Source: Azolla caroliniana (Eukaryota; Plantae; Polypodiophyta). Taken from it: a stretch of DNA of 64,000 nucleotides. The first letter of the stretch is position 1; the number at the start of each line of letters is the position of its first letter. The translations under genes and the position numbers were made by a program. This document shows, piece after piece, positions 12,460 through 26,240 of the stretch. Where the stretch lies: NCBI GenBank assembly GCA_043228905.1, contig JBHGNT010000003.1, positions 20,274,001-20,338,000 of the forward strand, written 5' to 3'. The notes under the pieces are model-generated. The model made no database searches. It worked only from the letters and a program-made list of their open reading frames with translations, and was not told where the DNA came from.

Positions 12460-15400
12460 GGGGCGGGCACAACCAAACTTGTTTTTTTTGTTTGTAAGCT
12501 TCAAGCTTCTCTCTCGACAAGCATTTAGTCATCATGTCAATGCCATTATCATTGGCATGAACCTTCTCCATGTGCGCTAGCTTTTCTTCAAGTACATCTT
12601 GAATCTAATGGTATCTCACATCAATGTGTTTAGACTTACAATAAAAGGAAGAGTTCTTGCATAAATGTATGCTACTCTTGACTATCACAATGCAAATTAT
12701 ACCTTTCCTGCATCAAGCCCAACTCATGTAGCAATTTCTTCAACCATAACATCTCTTGACAAGCTTCAATGGCATCAATGTATTCAGCCTCTGTTGCGGA
12801 TAATGCCACATATTTTTTAAGCCTCGATTGCCAAGAGATAGTTCCCCATGCAAAGATCATTAAATACCATGATGTGGATTTTTTAGAGTCAATGTCACCA
12901 GACATGTCTACATCAGTATATCCATCTAACATAGTTTGGTTATCACCAAATTCCAGACAAACTCTCGAAGTGCCTCTCAAATATCGTAGAATCCATTTAT
13001 TGCTTCGCAATAATTTTTTCAAGGATTCAAGAGAAAACAACTTATTACACCAACTGCATTTGCAATGTTAGGCCTCGTGCATAACATACATCAAACTGCT
13101 AACTACAAAGGCATATAATATTTATTTCATATGCCTCTTGGTTTTTTGCTTAGTCGGTCCCAAGTCCTTCATAGCAAAAAACTTGCTAAGCTCTCTCTTC
13201 AATTTCACAATCCTCTTGCTATCTTGACCAACAATCAACATATCATCTACATATAAGAGTAGAATGATTAGATCACCATTGGAGAACTTCTTAAAGAACA
13301 CACAGTGATCTAAGTTAGTCCGTGATCTAAGTTAGTCCTGTTAAACCCATGGTTGAGCATGAACAAGTCAATTTTCTTGTACCAAAGTCTACGACCTTGT
13401 TTTAGAGCATACAAGCTCTTCTTTAATCTACACATAAGGTTTTCTTTTCCTTTGACTTCAAATCCCTCATGTTGTTATATGTAAATTTCTTTCTCCAAAT
13501 TACCATAAAGGAAGGCGGTATTTACATCAAGTTGTTCACGTTCTAAATTGAGACTAGCTGCAATCCTAAGTACAACTCTAACGAAGGACATCTTCACCAC
13601 TGGTGAAAAAATATCCTAGAAATCAACACCCTTTTTCTGACAAAACCCCGTTACAACCAATCTTGCCTTGAAATTTTGGTTGTGAGCAATGTTCCTCAAT
13701 TTTTAGCTTGTGAACCCATTTGCTTTTCATTGCTCTCTTGCTCTTAGGCAGGTTTACCAAGTTATAAGTGTGATTATCTTGCAAGAACATTTTCTCATCG
13801 GCCATGGCCTCAAACCATTTCTCTTTCAGATCATGTGTCATAGCTTCTCTAAAGCTTTGTGGCTCTCCCTCATCTGTGAGCAACACATATTCATGTGGAC
13901 TATATACACTATAAGTTTATCTTTGTCTCAAAGACCTTCTAGCCTCTTCCTCTTGCAGTGGAACTTATGGAATGCCATCAATCTAATCTGGTCACATGGA
14001 ATATGATGATGATGATGAGCAAAATCATCATCATCAAATACATCATCAGTTGCATCAGCATACTCCTCCACCTTGAATATCTAGGGTGGGAGTTGAATGT
14101 GTGGTGATTGAAAAATTAGAAGGGAAATATGGTATTTCACTCAATTTGGATATTGTAAAGTCTAATCCTCAAGGAATACTACATCTCTACTTCTAATAGC
14201 CTTTTTATTCGTTGGGTCATTTAATCTATAACCAAATCCTTCATGACCATATCCCATGAATATACAAGGTCTGCACTTGTTATCAAGATTGGATCTTTCA
14301 TCTTTTGGGATGTGAACATAAGCCCCATAGCCAAACACTCTCAAGTGCTTGTATGAAAAATCTTTTCCTCTCAAAACCCTCTAGAGAACATCATCATCCA
14401 AAGGGGTTGACGAAAGACAAGTTTATAAGAACAACTAAAATCCTCATTGCTTCACCCCAAAAACGTTTTGGCAATTTAGAGTGAGATGACATACATCTAA
14501 TCTCCTCATAGATTGTTCTATTCATTCTTTCACCCACACCATTGTGCTAAGGTGTTTTTGGAACACTTTTCTCAAGCCTAATACCATGATCATGACAATA
14601 TTGGTTAAATTCACTATGATGTTCACCATTGTTATATGCACAAATACATTTCTGCTTCCTTCTAGTTTCTCTTTCAACACTTGCATGAAAGCTCTTAAAG
14701 GTCTCAAATACTTTATCTTTAGATTCCAATGCAAAGCACCATAGTCTCCTCAAGAAATCATCAATTACGTGTCGAAGTATAGTGCACCACCAAGAGTTTT
14801 ATCTTTCATGTAACATAAATAAGTATCCACAAGTTCCAATGGATGAGATTTTCTTTTGGGGATTAAATGCTAAAAAGCAACTCTGTGTTGTTTACCAACC
14901 AAACAATCAACACAAGTTTCCAAATGCATACTTGCTATCTCAAACAAAATATTATTCCTTACAAGAACCTCGAGTCCTTTTTTCATCCCATGTGCCCAAG
15001 TTTCTGTGCCATAATTCAAATCAGACATTCTTGTTAGCTAGATCTACCTCTCTGCTAGACACCATAACATGCATAAGGTATAGGGAATTTTGTTTTTGAC
15101 ATTTTACAATGATTAGAGAGCCTTTGGTGAGCTTCCATCTTCCTTCACCAAAGTAAATTCAATAACCCTCATCATCAAGCTTACCTGTAGAAATTATATT
15201 CAGCCAAATATTTAGAACATGTCTAACATCCTTCAATACAAGTTTACTACTTGTGTCTATCACCAAAATGACATTCCTTACGCCAACAACATTTGTCACA
15301 CCCTAGTTGGTCATTTTAACTCTACCAAAGTTACCACCAACATATGATGTAAACATCTCAAGGTACAGGGTAATATGAGACAGTGCTCCCGAGTGAATGA

Positions 15401-15500
15401 TCAAATCAGTTTGTTGGCATGCTAAACTGACACAAGCAACATCACAAACAATGATAATTTCACCATCACATGTAGTTTTTGTTTGGATGTTGTTATTACA
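12460..15500 (-). mobile_element. Decayed Ty1/copia (Tnt1-like) pol region: protease, integrase, RT, RNase H
   Basis: Protease-like DLIIHSGALSH (~15400), integrase (AYVHIPKDERSNLDNK..CIFMGY..SRDVVFLE), RT start (LLTDEGEPQSFREAM..KSKWV) and RNase H (GYTDVD..ISWQSRL..VALSATEAEY..LHCDSQ), in copia order with many stops and frameshifts. Confidence 0.93.
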
Positions 15501-15587
15501 TCAATCAATATACTTGTTGCCTCATCAAAAATAAGTTTGGGAGCTCCACTAAGCATTGCAAATATACAAGTTTGAAAAAGCAAAATG

Positions 15588-15834
15588 TGTTGAAGAAGAG
15601 GTGGGTTGGAAGGAGTCGTGCAAAAATTCAAATCGGGTAGAGTTTGCGACATCTCCTAAGGTGTGTCCTCTCTCTCAAATGTGGTGTCATTAACCTTATC
15701 ATGACTCCATTACACAAAGTTTTCACAATATATACCTTAATCACTACCCATGTCCATGAATTCATCCATGCGACTAACTTTAATTTCAAAAGATTTATCA
15801 ATGTTCATGGACTAACTTAAGTTCCTATTCAACA
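15588..15834. mobile_element. Possible LTR-like segment with TGTTGAA...TTCAACA termini
   Basis: 7-bp inverted termini next to the copia pol region; no TSD or clear PBS seen. Confidence 0.35.
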
Positions 15835-17061
15835 ATATTCTCCGTCAATAGTATTGGCTAGCCCTTAAAATCTTTTCATTATTGATTTATTTGCATTACT
15901 TTTTATTAAAGGTGAGAAACCTCGAGATGAGGTGAAAGCCCTTCAACTCAATAAGCAATAGTATTGGGTCTTGGCGAGCCCTTAAAATCTTTTCATTATT
16001 GATTTATTAAGCAAACACACGGACAAAGGTTCATTGTTCAAACACACTAACTACGCAAAAATGCTCTTGAATAAGATAAAAACACAGCATTTAAGGTACG
16101 TACATTTATCAAGAGCAAAGAGATACGTACCAAACAAGCATATATGGTGAACAAGGTCGGACATGTGCGCGCACGCACGTGAAATGTGTGTGTGTGTGTG
16201 TGTGTAGGTGTGAATGGGTATAGTTTGTGGAATCTATGAGATTTGCAACCTACGTTTTGTGAGCATGTGGACGGACGGACGGACGGACGGAGAAGCAAGT
16301 GGGAAAAGGTGTGAACCTTACTTAGGCTCGGGTCCGGGGCAAAAGAGAGATATATTATTAGGTTCGGCAAAAAGATAAGAGGCTCGCCGTCGATCTCTCC
16401 AACCTGCACACGATGTGCAGCATCTCTGCATGATATGGGCGCCTGCACCACGATATGGGCGCCTGCTCCACACGATGGCCACCCATTACCTTCGATCTTC
16501 GTGTGAGAGACCGATCTCGGGCTTTCTGCTTCTGTCGTGCAGCAAATGTGAGACACGATCGCATCCTTTGATTATCAATATGATGCAAAATCTCTCTTGT
16601 CTCTTTAGCGATGGCGGTGAGCAGCAGCAGCAGCAGCAGCACATACTTAAGACATATGAAAGACCATGGGCAATTTGTAATGGAAGGATATCTATGAATA
16701 GCTAACTAACCTCTTAAAAGTTATGTCTAGCAATAAATTCATTATCATGTTTGAGTTATCCATGTGCTCTTGAAATAAGACACAACAACCATACCATGTG
16801 ATCGGAAAAAGGTCGCCAACAACTCCATCTTACAAGCACACCCAACGATTTCGCAACGAAATGAAATCGTTTTCATTTTTCCTTTAATTTCCATTGATTG
16901 TAAAATAGGGGAATGCAAATTCAAAAACTCCTTATTGCGTTTAGGGCATACCACCAATATGTCAAATTGAATCACAATGTCAATATCCAAAATCACGATG
17001 GAATCCCTAAACCATCAAGTTTACAACAAACTTGGTACCAAGGGAAAAGATGGTATCACCA

Positions 17062-18849
17062 TACACATGGAAGCAATAAGAAATCGCCATCTGTAGATGT
17101 TCGGAGCACGTCTCCTTTAGATTATATTAGAATCAAACCACCCTCAATATCACACTTCGTTGTCCTACTACTTTGGCGTAGCATTAAGAAGAAGGTAGGA
17201 AGATTTACATGTATTTGTGAGTAGTGCGTACGATTGATGGAGAAAAGGACTCTTCCACGTATGACATAAATAGGGCTTTGATGCCGATCGAGATCAACAT
17301 TGTCTCAAGCTTCATCCTTCACTTTCTGCCTCGTTCTCTATCTCTCATGCTTTGTGTGTGTGTGTGTGTGTGTGTGTTATTTGATCTATGTTTTTCTCGA
17401 CCTTTGTTTTTCACTTTTTGTTTTTTTTAAGGTTTTGGTATTCTTTTTTTTTCATTTTTTCCTATGCTACTACTTGGTAGTGGCATATAAAGAATAACTA
17501 AAGGAGTAGTGTTGAAACCACACAAATAGCCCCTTAAGTGGAAAAACTGTCACATCATGCCTTGAAGTGCATACATTTACATCACGACATAATTATCGAC
17601 AATGTCAAAGATCCAAAATTTCTTCACTCTCACTATGGAATCACTAAACCATCAAGTTTACAACAAATTGGGCTTCAACGAGGAAAACATTTTTACCATA
17701 CAACCCGGTAGCAAAAGGAAATCGACATCTCAAGTGGGGGCAGGCACAACCAAACTTGTTTTTTCTGTTTGTAAGCTTCAAGCTTCTCTCTCGACAAGCA
17801 TTTAGTCATCGTGTCAAAGCCATTATCATTGGCATGAACCTTCTCCATGTGCGTTAGCTTTTCTTCAAGCACATCTTGAATCTAATGGTATCTCACATCA
17901 ATGTGTTTAGACTTACAATAAAAGGAAGAGTTCTTGCATATATGTATGCTACTCTTGACTATCACAATGCAGATTATACCTTTCTTGCATCAAGCCCAAC
18001 TCATGTAGCAATTTCTTCAACCATAACATCTCTTGACAAGCTTCAATGGCATCAATGTATTCAGCCTCTGTTGTGGATAATGCCACACATTTGTTAAGCC
18101 TCGATTGCCAAGAGATAGTTCCCCATGCAAAGATCATTAAATATCATGATGTGGATTTTTTAGAGTCACTGTCACCAGACATGTCTACATCAGTATACCC
18201 ATCTAACATATAGTTTGGTTATCACAAAATTCTAGACAAACTCTCAAAGTGCCTCTCAAATATCGTAGAATCCATTTTATTGCTTCCCAATAATTTTTTC
18301 AAGGTTTTGAGAGAAAACAACTTACTACACCAACTACACATGGAAGCAATAAGAAATCGCCATCTGTAGATGTTCAGCGCACGTCTCCTTTAGATTATAT
18401 TAGAATCAAACCACCCTCAATATCACACTTTGTTGTCCTACTACTTTGGCATAGCATCAAGAAGAAGGTAGGAAGATTTACATGTATTTGTGAGTAGTGC
18501 GTACGATTCATGGAGAAGAGGACTTTTCCACGTATGACATAAATAGGGCTTTGATGCCGATCGAGATCAACATTGTCTCAAGCTTCATCCTTCACTTTTT
18601 GCCTCTCTTTCTATCTCTTATGCTTTGTGTGTGTGTGTGTGTGTGTTATTTGATCTATGTTTTTCTCGACATTTGTTTTTCACTTTTTGTTTTTTTTAAG
18701 ATTTCGGTAATGATTTTTTTTTCATTTTTTCCTATCCTACTCCTTGGTAGTGGCATATAAAGAATAACTAAAAAAGTAGTGTTGAAACCACACAAATAGC
18801 CCCTTAAGTGGAAAAACTGCCACACCATGTCTTGAAGTGCATACATTTA
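17062..18849. repeat. Two ~515-bp direct repeats (17062-17579, 18335-18849) flanking a copy of the copia RNase H/3' end
   Basis: Both repeats begin TACACATGGAAGCAATAAG and end GCATACATTTA. The interior, 17580-18334, is nearly identical to ~12316-13054. Confidence 0.88.
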
Positions 18850-19801
18850 TTGAGAGCAAAAGATGATATGACTTGCACAAAGAGCAATGAGATAATAAAT
18901 GATTAACCAATAGACTCATCAGCTTCTTATTATCACTTCTAAACATGAGTTTCTACGTCTTTTCTAACTTTAGGGCACACTCATGCTCTAAATTAGAAGT
19001 CCAATTTGGCCTCCCTATGAAAGCTTACCACGATGATAAGGCTTTGACATGTGTCATAAGGTCATGGGCTCAAATACTTTTAGGACAATGTTCTTTTGTT
19101 ATCATGACATTTTCTCTTTTAGTGTGCCCTAGTTCAAACTAAGGTTACAGGGAAACTCATTTTAAGAGGTGAATGTTCAAGACGAACAAAGGAGGCGAAG
19201 GTTTCCAAGGTGATGGTTACAAGGAGGTGAAGGCTCCCAAGACAAATGAAGAGAGGCAAAGGCTCACCCATTAGCAACCGCTTCGCCTTCTTTACTCTCC
19301 CACACACACCTCACAATGATGTACAGGTAATTAACATGTGATTAGCGTCAATCACACGAGACTAGCACTAAAGCACTTGATTAACACTACAACACAAGAA
19401 TGGCCCGAAATGTACATCTAGATAGAGAAAATTGTTCTTTTTTTTACAACGAAAAAGGGTACACCAAATATTTGCCACTAAAGTGATAGCTTTCAAAGGA
19501 TTTAAAACCTACAGGAGAACTACGACAGGGTTTGAGCTTCCAATGAAGGCTAGGTAAGTGAACTGCCAAGACCAAGAGTACGACCAACAACAACAATGCC
19601 TCGATGTCGGAGTAGTGTTCTTAGGGTCACTTCATCCTCCTTTCAAAGATCAATGTGTGAACTAGGCGAACCGTTTCTCGGAGTTGTCAATGCACGCTCA
19701 ACTCGATGGTGATGAAGAGGATAGTTCTTCAATAGAAAATAAAAGAATCCAGAAGACCACTTTAATCATGCTAGAAACTATGGCAGAATCCAAAATAAGG
19801 A

Positions 19802-20174
19802 ACTAACAGCAATGGTAGAAACCATGGCTGCGACCACTTTAATACAGTGAGACAGGAGTTCTGTGAAGTGCTAGCCAACGTGTTCAGAAGAGCACAGTAG
19901 CATTAATGAAGCCTCTGAAGGAGGTTCGAGACTCATATGTGAGTTGCATGATAGCAGTAGACCGCGACCCTCGCTTTGGAAGTGTCTCCAGCCTCCAGGG
20001 TCTCTCTTCCTCCTCTCGAGATTTATTTAATCCACCTCCCATGTACCCACACTCAAAGAAATTCATCGCAATAATCTCAATAGGTTATATGATTTGCCCA
20101 CATTTCATTCAGACCAACAGATCCTCGAGGCTTTGTATAAAAGCAAATATCTTAATGAAGCGGTACCTGAGTAA
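19802..20174 (+). pseudogene. 5'-truncated pseudogene copy of the UCP031279-like gene
   Basis: Matches 3969-4346 only. It has a small deletion near 19850 and a CGA>TGA change at ~19864, and the N-terminal half is replaced by unrelated DNA. Confidence 0.85.
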
Positions 20175-20593
20175 TTCAAAAGATGGAAAATCATATTCTT
20201 TTTCTAATTTTCTCTTGGATTCTTTCTTGTTGCAAAGCTCTACTTATGTACAACATACCTGTACCAAGAGTATTCATAGTATGATTGTGTTTCTTGCACC
20301 AATTTCTCAATTACTAGGATATAGAGTTTAGATAAGATCACATTAACATAAAACTCTGTGAATTTGAATAACACTTAACACTTGCTTACATCCACAGTTA
20401 AGCATAAAAATACATCACGAACTATATATATACCATTAACATATGTATTACTATAAATCATAGCAATAAAGTTCAAACAAAGTTCTCCATCTACAAACCA
20501 TGACAAGAGCCATTCAGCATATAATCAATGACTATAGATATTTACATCTACAAATACCATTTTGTCCCTAAAGGTTAGGCTAAAACTCCTGCG

Positions 20594-22543
20594 TTAAGGA
20601 ATTGTGGTTAGCTTAAGAACAGTTTGAGCATCAGTTGAACACAATTGTGAGTAGCAAAACTGCGGCCAATCTACTTGATCCAGAGAAGAAGAAGAATCTT
20701 CTGCATTGTAATGATGATATGCTGCACGTAATTCTTCAACAAGCTTTCTTGCAGACTCTCTAGCCTCTGGAAGTTTATCATTGATCTGAGACCCAGCCAT
20801 CTGAAGAAGAGGCTCAAACCCATACTCTCTCAATCCTTCATGTCCCTAGCAATAGTTGACCATCAACATATTAGAACAGAAATGTTGTTAGCTTAATATA
20901 GGTACTGAAATGTTACTTTAATCTATTAAGACCATCATGTCAATGGCTTGGTAAGGGAAGACGAAATCTAATTTGTTTTAACATGCATATACAAAGGCTG
21001 AAATATCTATAGCTAAATAGACAGAAATGAGATTGAAATGTATTCTGAACTTACACCATAGATAAAAGAATTATCTGAACACTTACGAGTTTTGATACAC
21101 AACGATATACACAGGAGGCAGCCTTGGCACGAACCCTAGGGTTAATATGTGAAACATACGGCTTTAGCTGCATCAGAAGAGGAGATGAAGGAACACATTC
21201 TGTCATAACATGCAAAGTCCTTTCAGCTTCTTCACATACAAACTTCTTGTCCTGAGAAGCCTTTAACAAAAGTTGCAGAAGCTGCAGTCAAGAGAAAAGT
21301 AAGAACATTTTTTGTCAGTTTACACTTGCAAAATCATATCCTCGACCAGTTTACAATAAAACTGTTCAAAAACTGTAAACTGCAGGTAGATTGATACCAT
21401 TTGCTCTTGCAACAAGGTAATCATCGTCTCTGGGTACGCCTTCAATAGATCTGCACACGCCATTACAGCTGTTTTGCACAAAGCACTTCGTGGATTCTTT
21501 ATGGCCTTGATGAGAAGCGAAACAGCTTTTTCCCTGTTCCAAGTTCAACGATATACACCACGTTAGAGAAAAGGACTGATTATTGTATTCCTGATTTCCT
21601 TCTTGGCACTTGTGTTGATCGAACACTTCGTGACTAGCATCTAAGACCAAACATAGGGTCTTTATTATAAAATGAAAATGTCAAAACAAATCAAAACAAA
21701 AACCAGAGTCTTGAAGAAGTCAGAATACGAAGTAGCAACGATAAATCAAGGAACCCTGGAGAACGATAAATCATTCTTCCTTATGATGGAAATTAATATA
21801 CCGGCAACCAGAATAGATAGCAAAGTCGGATATAAGGGAAACCATATAAACCAGGGTCTGACATAAGCATTAGCATTCTTGAATTACCAACGAAAATGTC
21901 ACCACAAGAATATTCATAAAGACATACAGGCATGGAGCAAGAGATTCCGGATGATATATACACAATTGTCGCATGGTAGTTATGGCCTCACGAACGATCA
22001 ACCAGTTTTTTGAATCCAAACGCTCTGTCAGAATCTAAAAAAACAAAGAGAAGGAATTTCTAGCTAATTTCAGATGTTTTTATGATTCCTTGATATCAGA
22101 TTTCTGAACACCTTCGTTTTTTCAGAGGGTCTTTTTTAAGATAGAAGAGAATGGACGAAGAGAACAGATAAAAGAAAGAGCTTTACACTGAGAGCACCAT
22201 CACTGTCGGCCAAATCTTGAAGATCTTTTGATAGAACGTAATTTACTTCTGCACTATAAGAATCTTCTTCAGGAGAAGGAATAGAAAGTAGTACCGGAGC
22301 GTTAATATGAGTCATGTTAGGGCCAATTTGAGCATTGCAAGAAGTCTTGCAATTGGTATTAGGATTAGATTTTTCAGCTAAAGTATGACGAAGAAGGTTG
22401 GTAGAAGTCAGTGGAAGTTCAACGTTCTCATCATTAATCGCAGGAGATGATCCAGCAACGTTCGGGGTACTGATGCGGCTATTCTTCTTCGCAGTGTTGT
22501 TGCGCTGAAGGAGGGCCGCAGTGTCCAGGCTACGGAGAACCAT
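20594..22543 (-). CDS. ARM/HEAT-repeat TOG (CLASP_N, TOGARAM/FAM179-like) microtubule-associated protein, 5 exons
   Basis: Exons 22543-22187, 22034-21928, 21533-21398, 21281-21087 and 20845-20594 have GT-AG sites and a continuous frame. Motifs: MVLRSLD, LDSKNW, KNPRSALCKTA, LLKASQDKKFVCEEAE, DKLPEARESAR. Confidence 0.88.
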
Positions 22544-22567
22544 GGTCAGAGACAGAGGCAGAATGGA

Positions 22568-22720
22568 GAAGATGAAGACGAAGACGAAGATGAAGACGAA
22601 GATGAAGATGAAGACGAAGATGAAGATGAAGACGAAGATGAAGACGCAGATGAAGACGAAGACGAAGATGAAGACGAAGATGAAGCCGAAGATGACGATG
22701 AAGATGAAGACGAAGATGAA
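22568..22720. repeat. Compound (GAAGAT/GAAGAC)n hexamer repeat just upstream of the TOG gene ATG
   Basis: Read directly. The KTKM-rich ORF at 22521-22856 is a by-product of this repeat. Confidence 0.9.
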
Positions 22721-23907
22721 CAGTAATATGACGACGCCGACGATGATGAAGCGGCTATGGTGGAGAAGAAGAAGAAGAAGAAGATATGGCTATGGCTATG
22801 GCTATGTGGATGGGCGGGAAGTCCTAGCCTTCAAAGAAAGGAAGAGAGACATTTAAACAACCTTCATTTTCATTTCTTCTTAATTCCAAATGAAATCTTC
22901 TTGAGTGTATGGTTTGTGTATACATACATATGTCCGGGAGGGGCCCCGGCGATCTTCCGGTAATTTCCGGAAACGCCCTCGCCATTCTTCCGGTAATATC
23001 CGGAAACGCATCATGGGTTGAGGCATACCCTAGCAATTTGAAACTTTGAATCAAAGAAATGTGGCATGCAATGAACCGCAAGCCATGCCTTTACATGTGT
23101 ACATAATGTGATCGGAGTTCATGTTCCGTCGCGTCCCAACAAAAAGCCTGCAATGATCCGCCACAAAGCTCACAAGGGAATACCCCATCCATGTTTGTCG
23201 ATTTTATTTTCATATATCTAAACCCGCATTACCTGTTGATCAAATCTAAACTTTCGTGGGGGAACCTTAACTTGGGCTTCAAATTTAAGCCATGAATGGA
23301 TGACCCAGAGTTTATCTAGAAAACACTTACATACCCATGAATTTAAAAAAACTAATAATAAGAAGGTGATGAGCCTATCAATCTGCTCATTTGTGCAAGT
23401 CGTTTCATCTTTTAAACTTTGATAAATGTGTGTGCTTCAAACCATGTTTGTCTCTTGTTGAAGAACATTGTGTGCTTGGCATGACCATGAATTTATTGTT
23501 ACGACATCACTTGAAGAGGTCATCGAGCAATTTCTAATTGGCATGATTGAGAAGTTAGAACCTAGTCCACGAATATGTCATTGATAAATAAAATGCAATG
23601 CATGAGCATCAACACATTACGTCGCATAACACACCATGTGGATCACTTAGCACTACCCATGTTCAGGACTTCCAAGACCAACTTAGAGGTTGGCAACTCA
23701 TCCACAAACAGCCACCCTCAATGGCTCCAATGCCCTCACACTTGGGTTTATATAGTGACGAGAAGACAATCTTGGATGTTGTGCATAAGATGTGTGATTC
23801 ATTTTTTAAGGTATCTATCTTTTCTCGTGCATTTTCCAATAAATCGGGGATTTGTACACATGTTTTATGTATCCCTCTACCTGACAATACATAGACTTAT
23901 ACTCTGA

Positions 23908-24356
23908 TGTTAGAGCTAGATCCTAATGTAAGCATATGATAAGGATTATGTAGATAGAAAAATAAGAGAGGAGAGAGAGAAACAAGGGTGCCGATCCACC
24001 CGACCACCCTCGAGCGGAGGGATTGAGACGGACTCGAGCCTCGATCGACGTCCCATACCACCGTCGTGGTGTCGAATCGTACCTGGTGCTGGTGCGCTCA
24101 CTACAAGAGTTGACACACCACAATAACGGAGTCTTGACATAGTCAAGAGATGATGAAATGAGGGTAGTTAGGCCTCATATTTATAGCTAGCCCCCAAGCA
24201 AGTTCACACTTGGCCTAATGAGTTGTCCCTATCCCAAGGATTAAAAGTAATCATTTCCTTCTTTACACTCTCATTTAACCCTCACACATTATCCACATGT
24301 ATAGAATACTACGGTACATTCTCACCACAGGATATTATATGGTCATGCCCGTAACA
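23908..24356. mobile_element. Solo LTR (449 bp) with 5-bp TSD TCTGA
   Basis: Termini TGTTAG...GTAACA, with TCTGA at 23903-23907 and 24357-24361. It is absent from the paralogous site near 7620, and a sister copy lies at 50966-51417. Confidence 0.9.
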
Positions 24357-25703
24357 TCTGAGATATTAGAGCAACACATTCACTGGTGGCCATGACAAGC
24401 GCATTCCTTCGACTCTCTTTGTCTCTAATCAATGAGTAATAATGTTACACCATTACAGATGCACATGAATCAAATGTATTACCAGATATGGTAATGGGTG
24501 AAGGAGCTCCCAATTTGTTCATAGGAGTCGAATGTATCCATGCAAAAGGTCATCATAATCAAGGATCAAAACCACCTAAAATATTCTCAAGGTAAGCTTT
24601 TGAAGAGCCTCTTTAGGTTGCAATCGCTTCTTTGTTTTCTTGCCTTCCTATGTGTTCGTCTTATTCTTATTTTAGCACATGTTCTCACGAAATTACCTTT
24701 ATGAAGAGCTTTTGTTCCTCCTTTCTCAAGAAAAAGCCCTTTCAAAAGAATTTAGCATAATTATGTGTTTTTCACTTGGGATCTTCCTTCCAAGAGTTTT
24801 GAAATATACTTGTTCCTTTTTATCTTTGTGTTTCTTCTAAACAGCGAGAAATAAACAAAAACAATATGAACATTACTTAGGGTTTCTAGCAATATGAGGC
24901 AATTGTTTAGATGGTTTTCATTGCTAGAGAAATTTCCCATTAACCAAGAGAACTCTTCAAAAGATTGTGGACTCACTGAGACTTCACCTCATACCCTACA
25001 TTGCTCCTAGACAAGGAAGTTGTCACCTTATTAGCGCCATGGACTCACCATGCCCATCTGGGTTGTTTAACATTGTCCATGTGATGATCTCTAGTGTTTG
25101 GGTGTGATCTCACACCATAGATTTCTCCTAGACAAGGACCCTATTGGCCCCATGGACTGGCCATGCTTGCTTATGTAACACTTTCTTCTTTTTCCAAAAC
25201 AAAATATCCTTCCATTAGTTTTCAAAAAACCTATCAAGTACAAACTACAAAATAGATGGAAAAGAAGAGAAAAAAGGACTATCCCAATGGCTAGCCATGG
25301 ATCCTTCATTTAACTAAGATCCAAGTCAACATCTAATTTGATTTCAGTATGACTACCCATTCTCCTATGTTGCCACTTGCTTTCAACATACTAGAAAATG
25401 TCATCATAATAATTAGAGACCTTGCACAGGCATTCAAGGATAGAGTTGTATAGCATCCCCATTCTTATCCTACTCAATATATCCCAATAACATGGCAAGC
25501 CATTGTACCACATCTCCTCGAATCATGTGCGATAAATGGAGACCTTCAACTTGCCTTCATTATAGAAGAATTTGCAAGTCTTCTTCTAAAGGAGTCATTC
25601 AATCTAGTCATATGAACACCTTTTCTTGGATCATTTTAATATCCGTCTATTCTCTTCACCCCCAGGTTGCTTTTATTTCAAGCCACCATTTCTATATCAT
25701 CAT

Positions 25704-26240
25704 CTAGTAACATTTCATCTTTGAAAAGTGTATTAACCTTGGTACTAACTGCAAATCCACCAACTTTACATTCATCATATGGAATGCAATGCAAACATGG
25801 CTTGTATAGTTGTCACTGAAAATAGGAATTTTTGGGTTACATTGACTGAAATGTGTGAAAATGACTGGATACACTCTAGAAAATTTTGCAACTTGTATTG
25901 CTTCTTTTGTCGTACTATGATTTTTCATGATCACTCCAACATGCATGCTATCCTCAAAAGTTGCGTCATGTATTAAAACCGTAGGTCCAATCGAAGCTTC
26001 AACCATTGCTTCATAACGTCTTGTATCTCCTGAGTAAACAAGCTTCCAACATGGTTCTACATTCCCTCCATTCTCATGGTTGGGTTGTGATTCTAAAACT
26101 ACCCCATATGCATTAAGACAATGAACCACTTGTATGCTCAAACAACTTCAGAGACCTATAGCATTCCTTATGTAAGACTTTAGAGACATGCTAGCAAAAT
26201 CCACATTGCTTCCATCGAAAAACTAGAATCAAGAAACATT
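25704..26240 (-). pseudogene. C-terminal fragment of long-form tRNase Z (ELAC2/TRZ3-4-like)
   Basis: Motifs VVHC..AYG, WKLVYSGDT, LIHDATFED (HEAT motif altered), HSTTKEAI and THFSQ..PKIP. There is an in-frame stop just upstream and no N-terminal part. Confidence 0.85.

Noticed and set aside
15911-15945. CCTC-GAGAT-GAGG hairpin followed by TGAAA, as a second hammerhead
   Set aside because: No CUGANGA box and no stem I or III.
16047-16705. GC-richer patch with ORFs, a 20-bp tandem repeat and (GT)n, (GGAC)n and (CAG)n runs
   Set aside because: No recognisable protein or splice structure; cannot support a gene call.
22521-22856. 111-aa KTKM-repeat ORF
   Set aside because: It is the translation of a hexamer microsatellite and overlaps the TOG start on the opposite strand.
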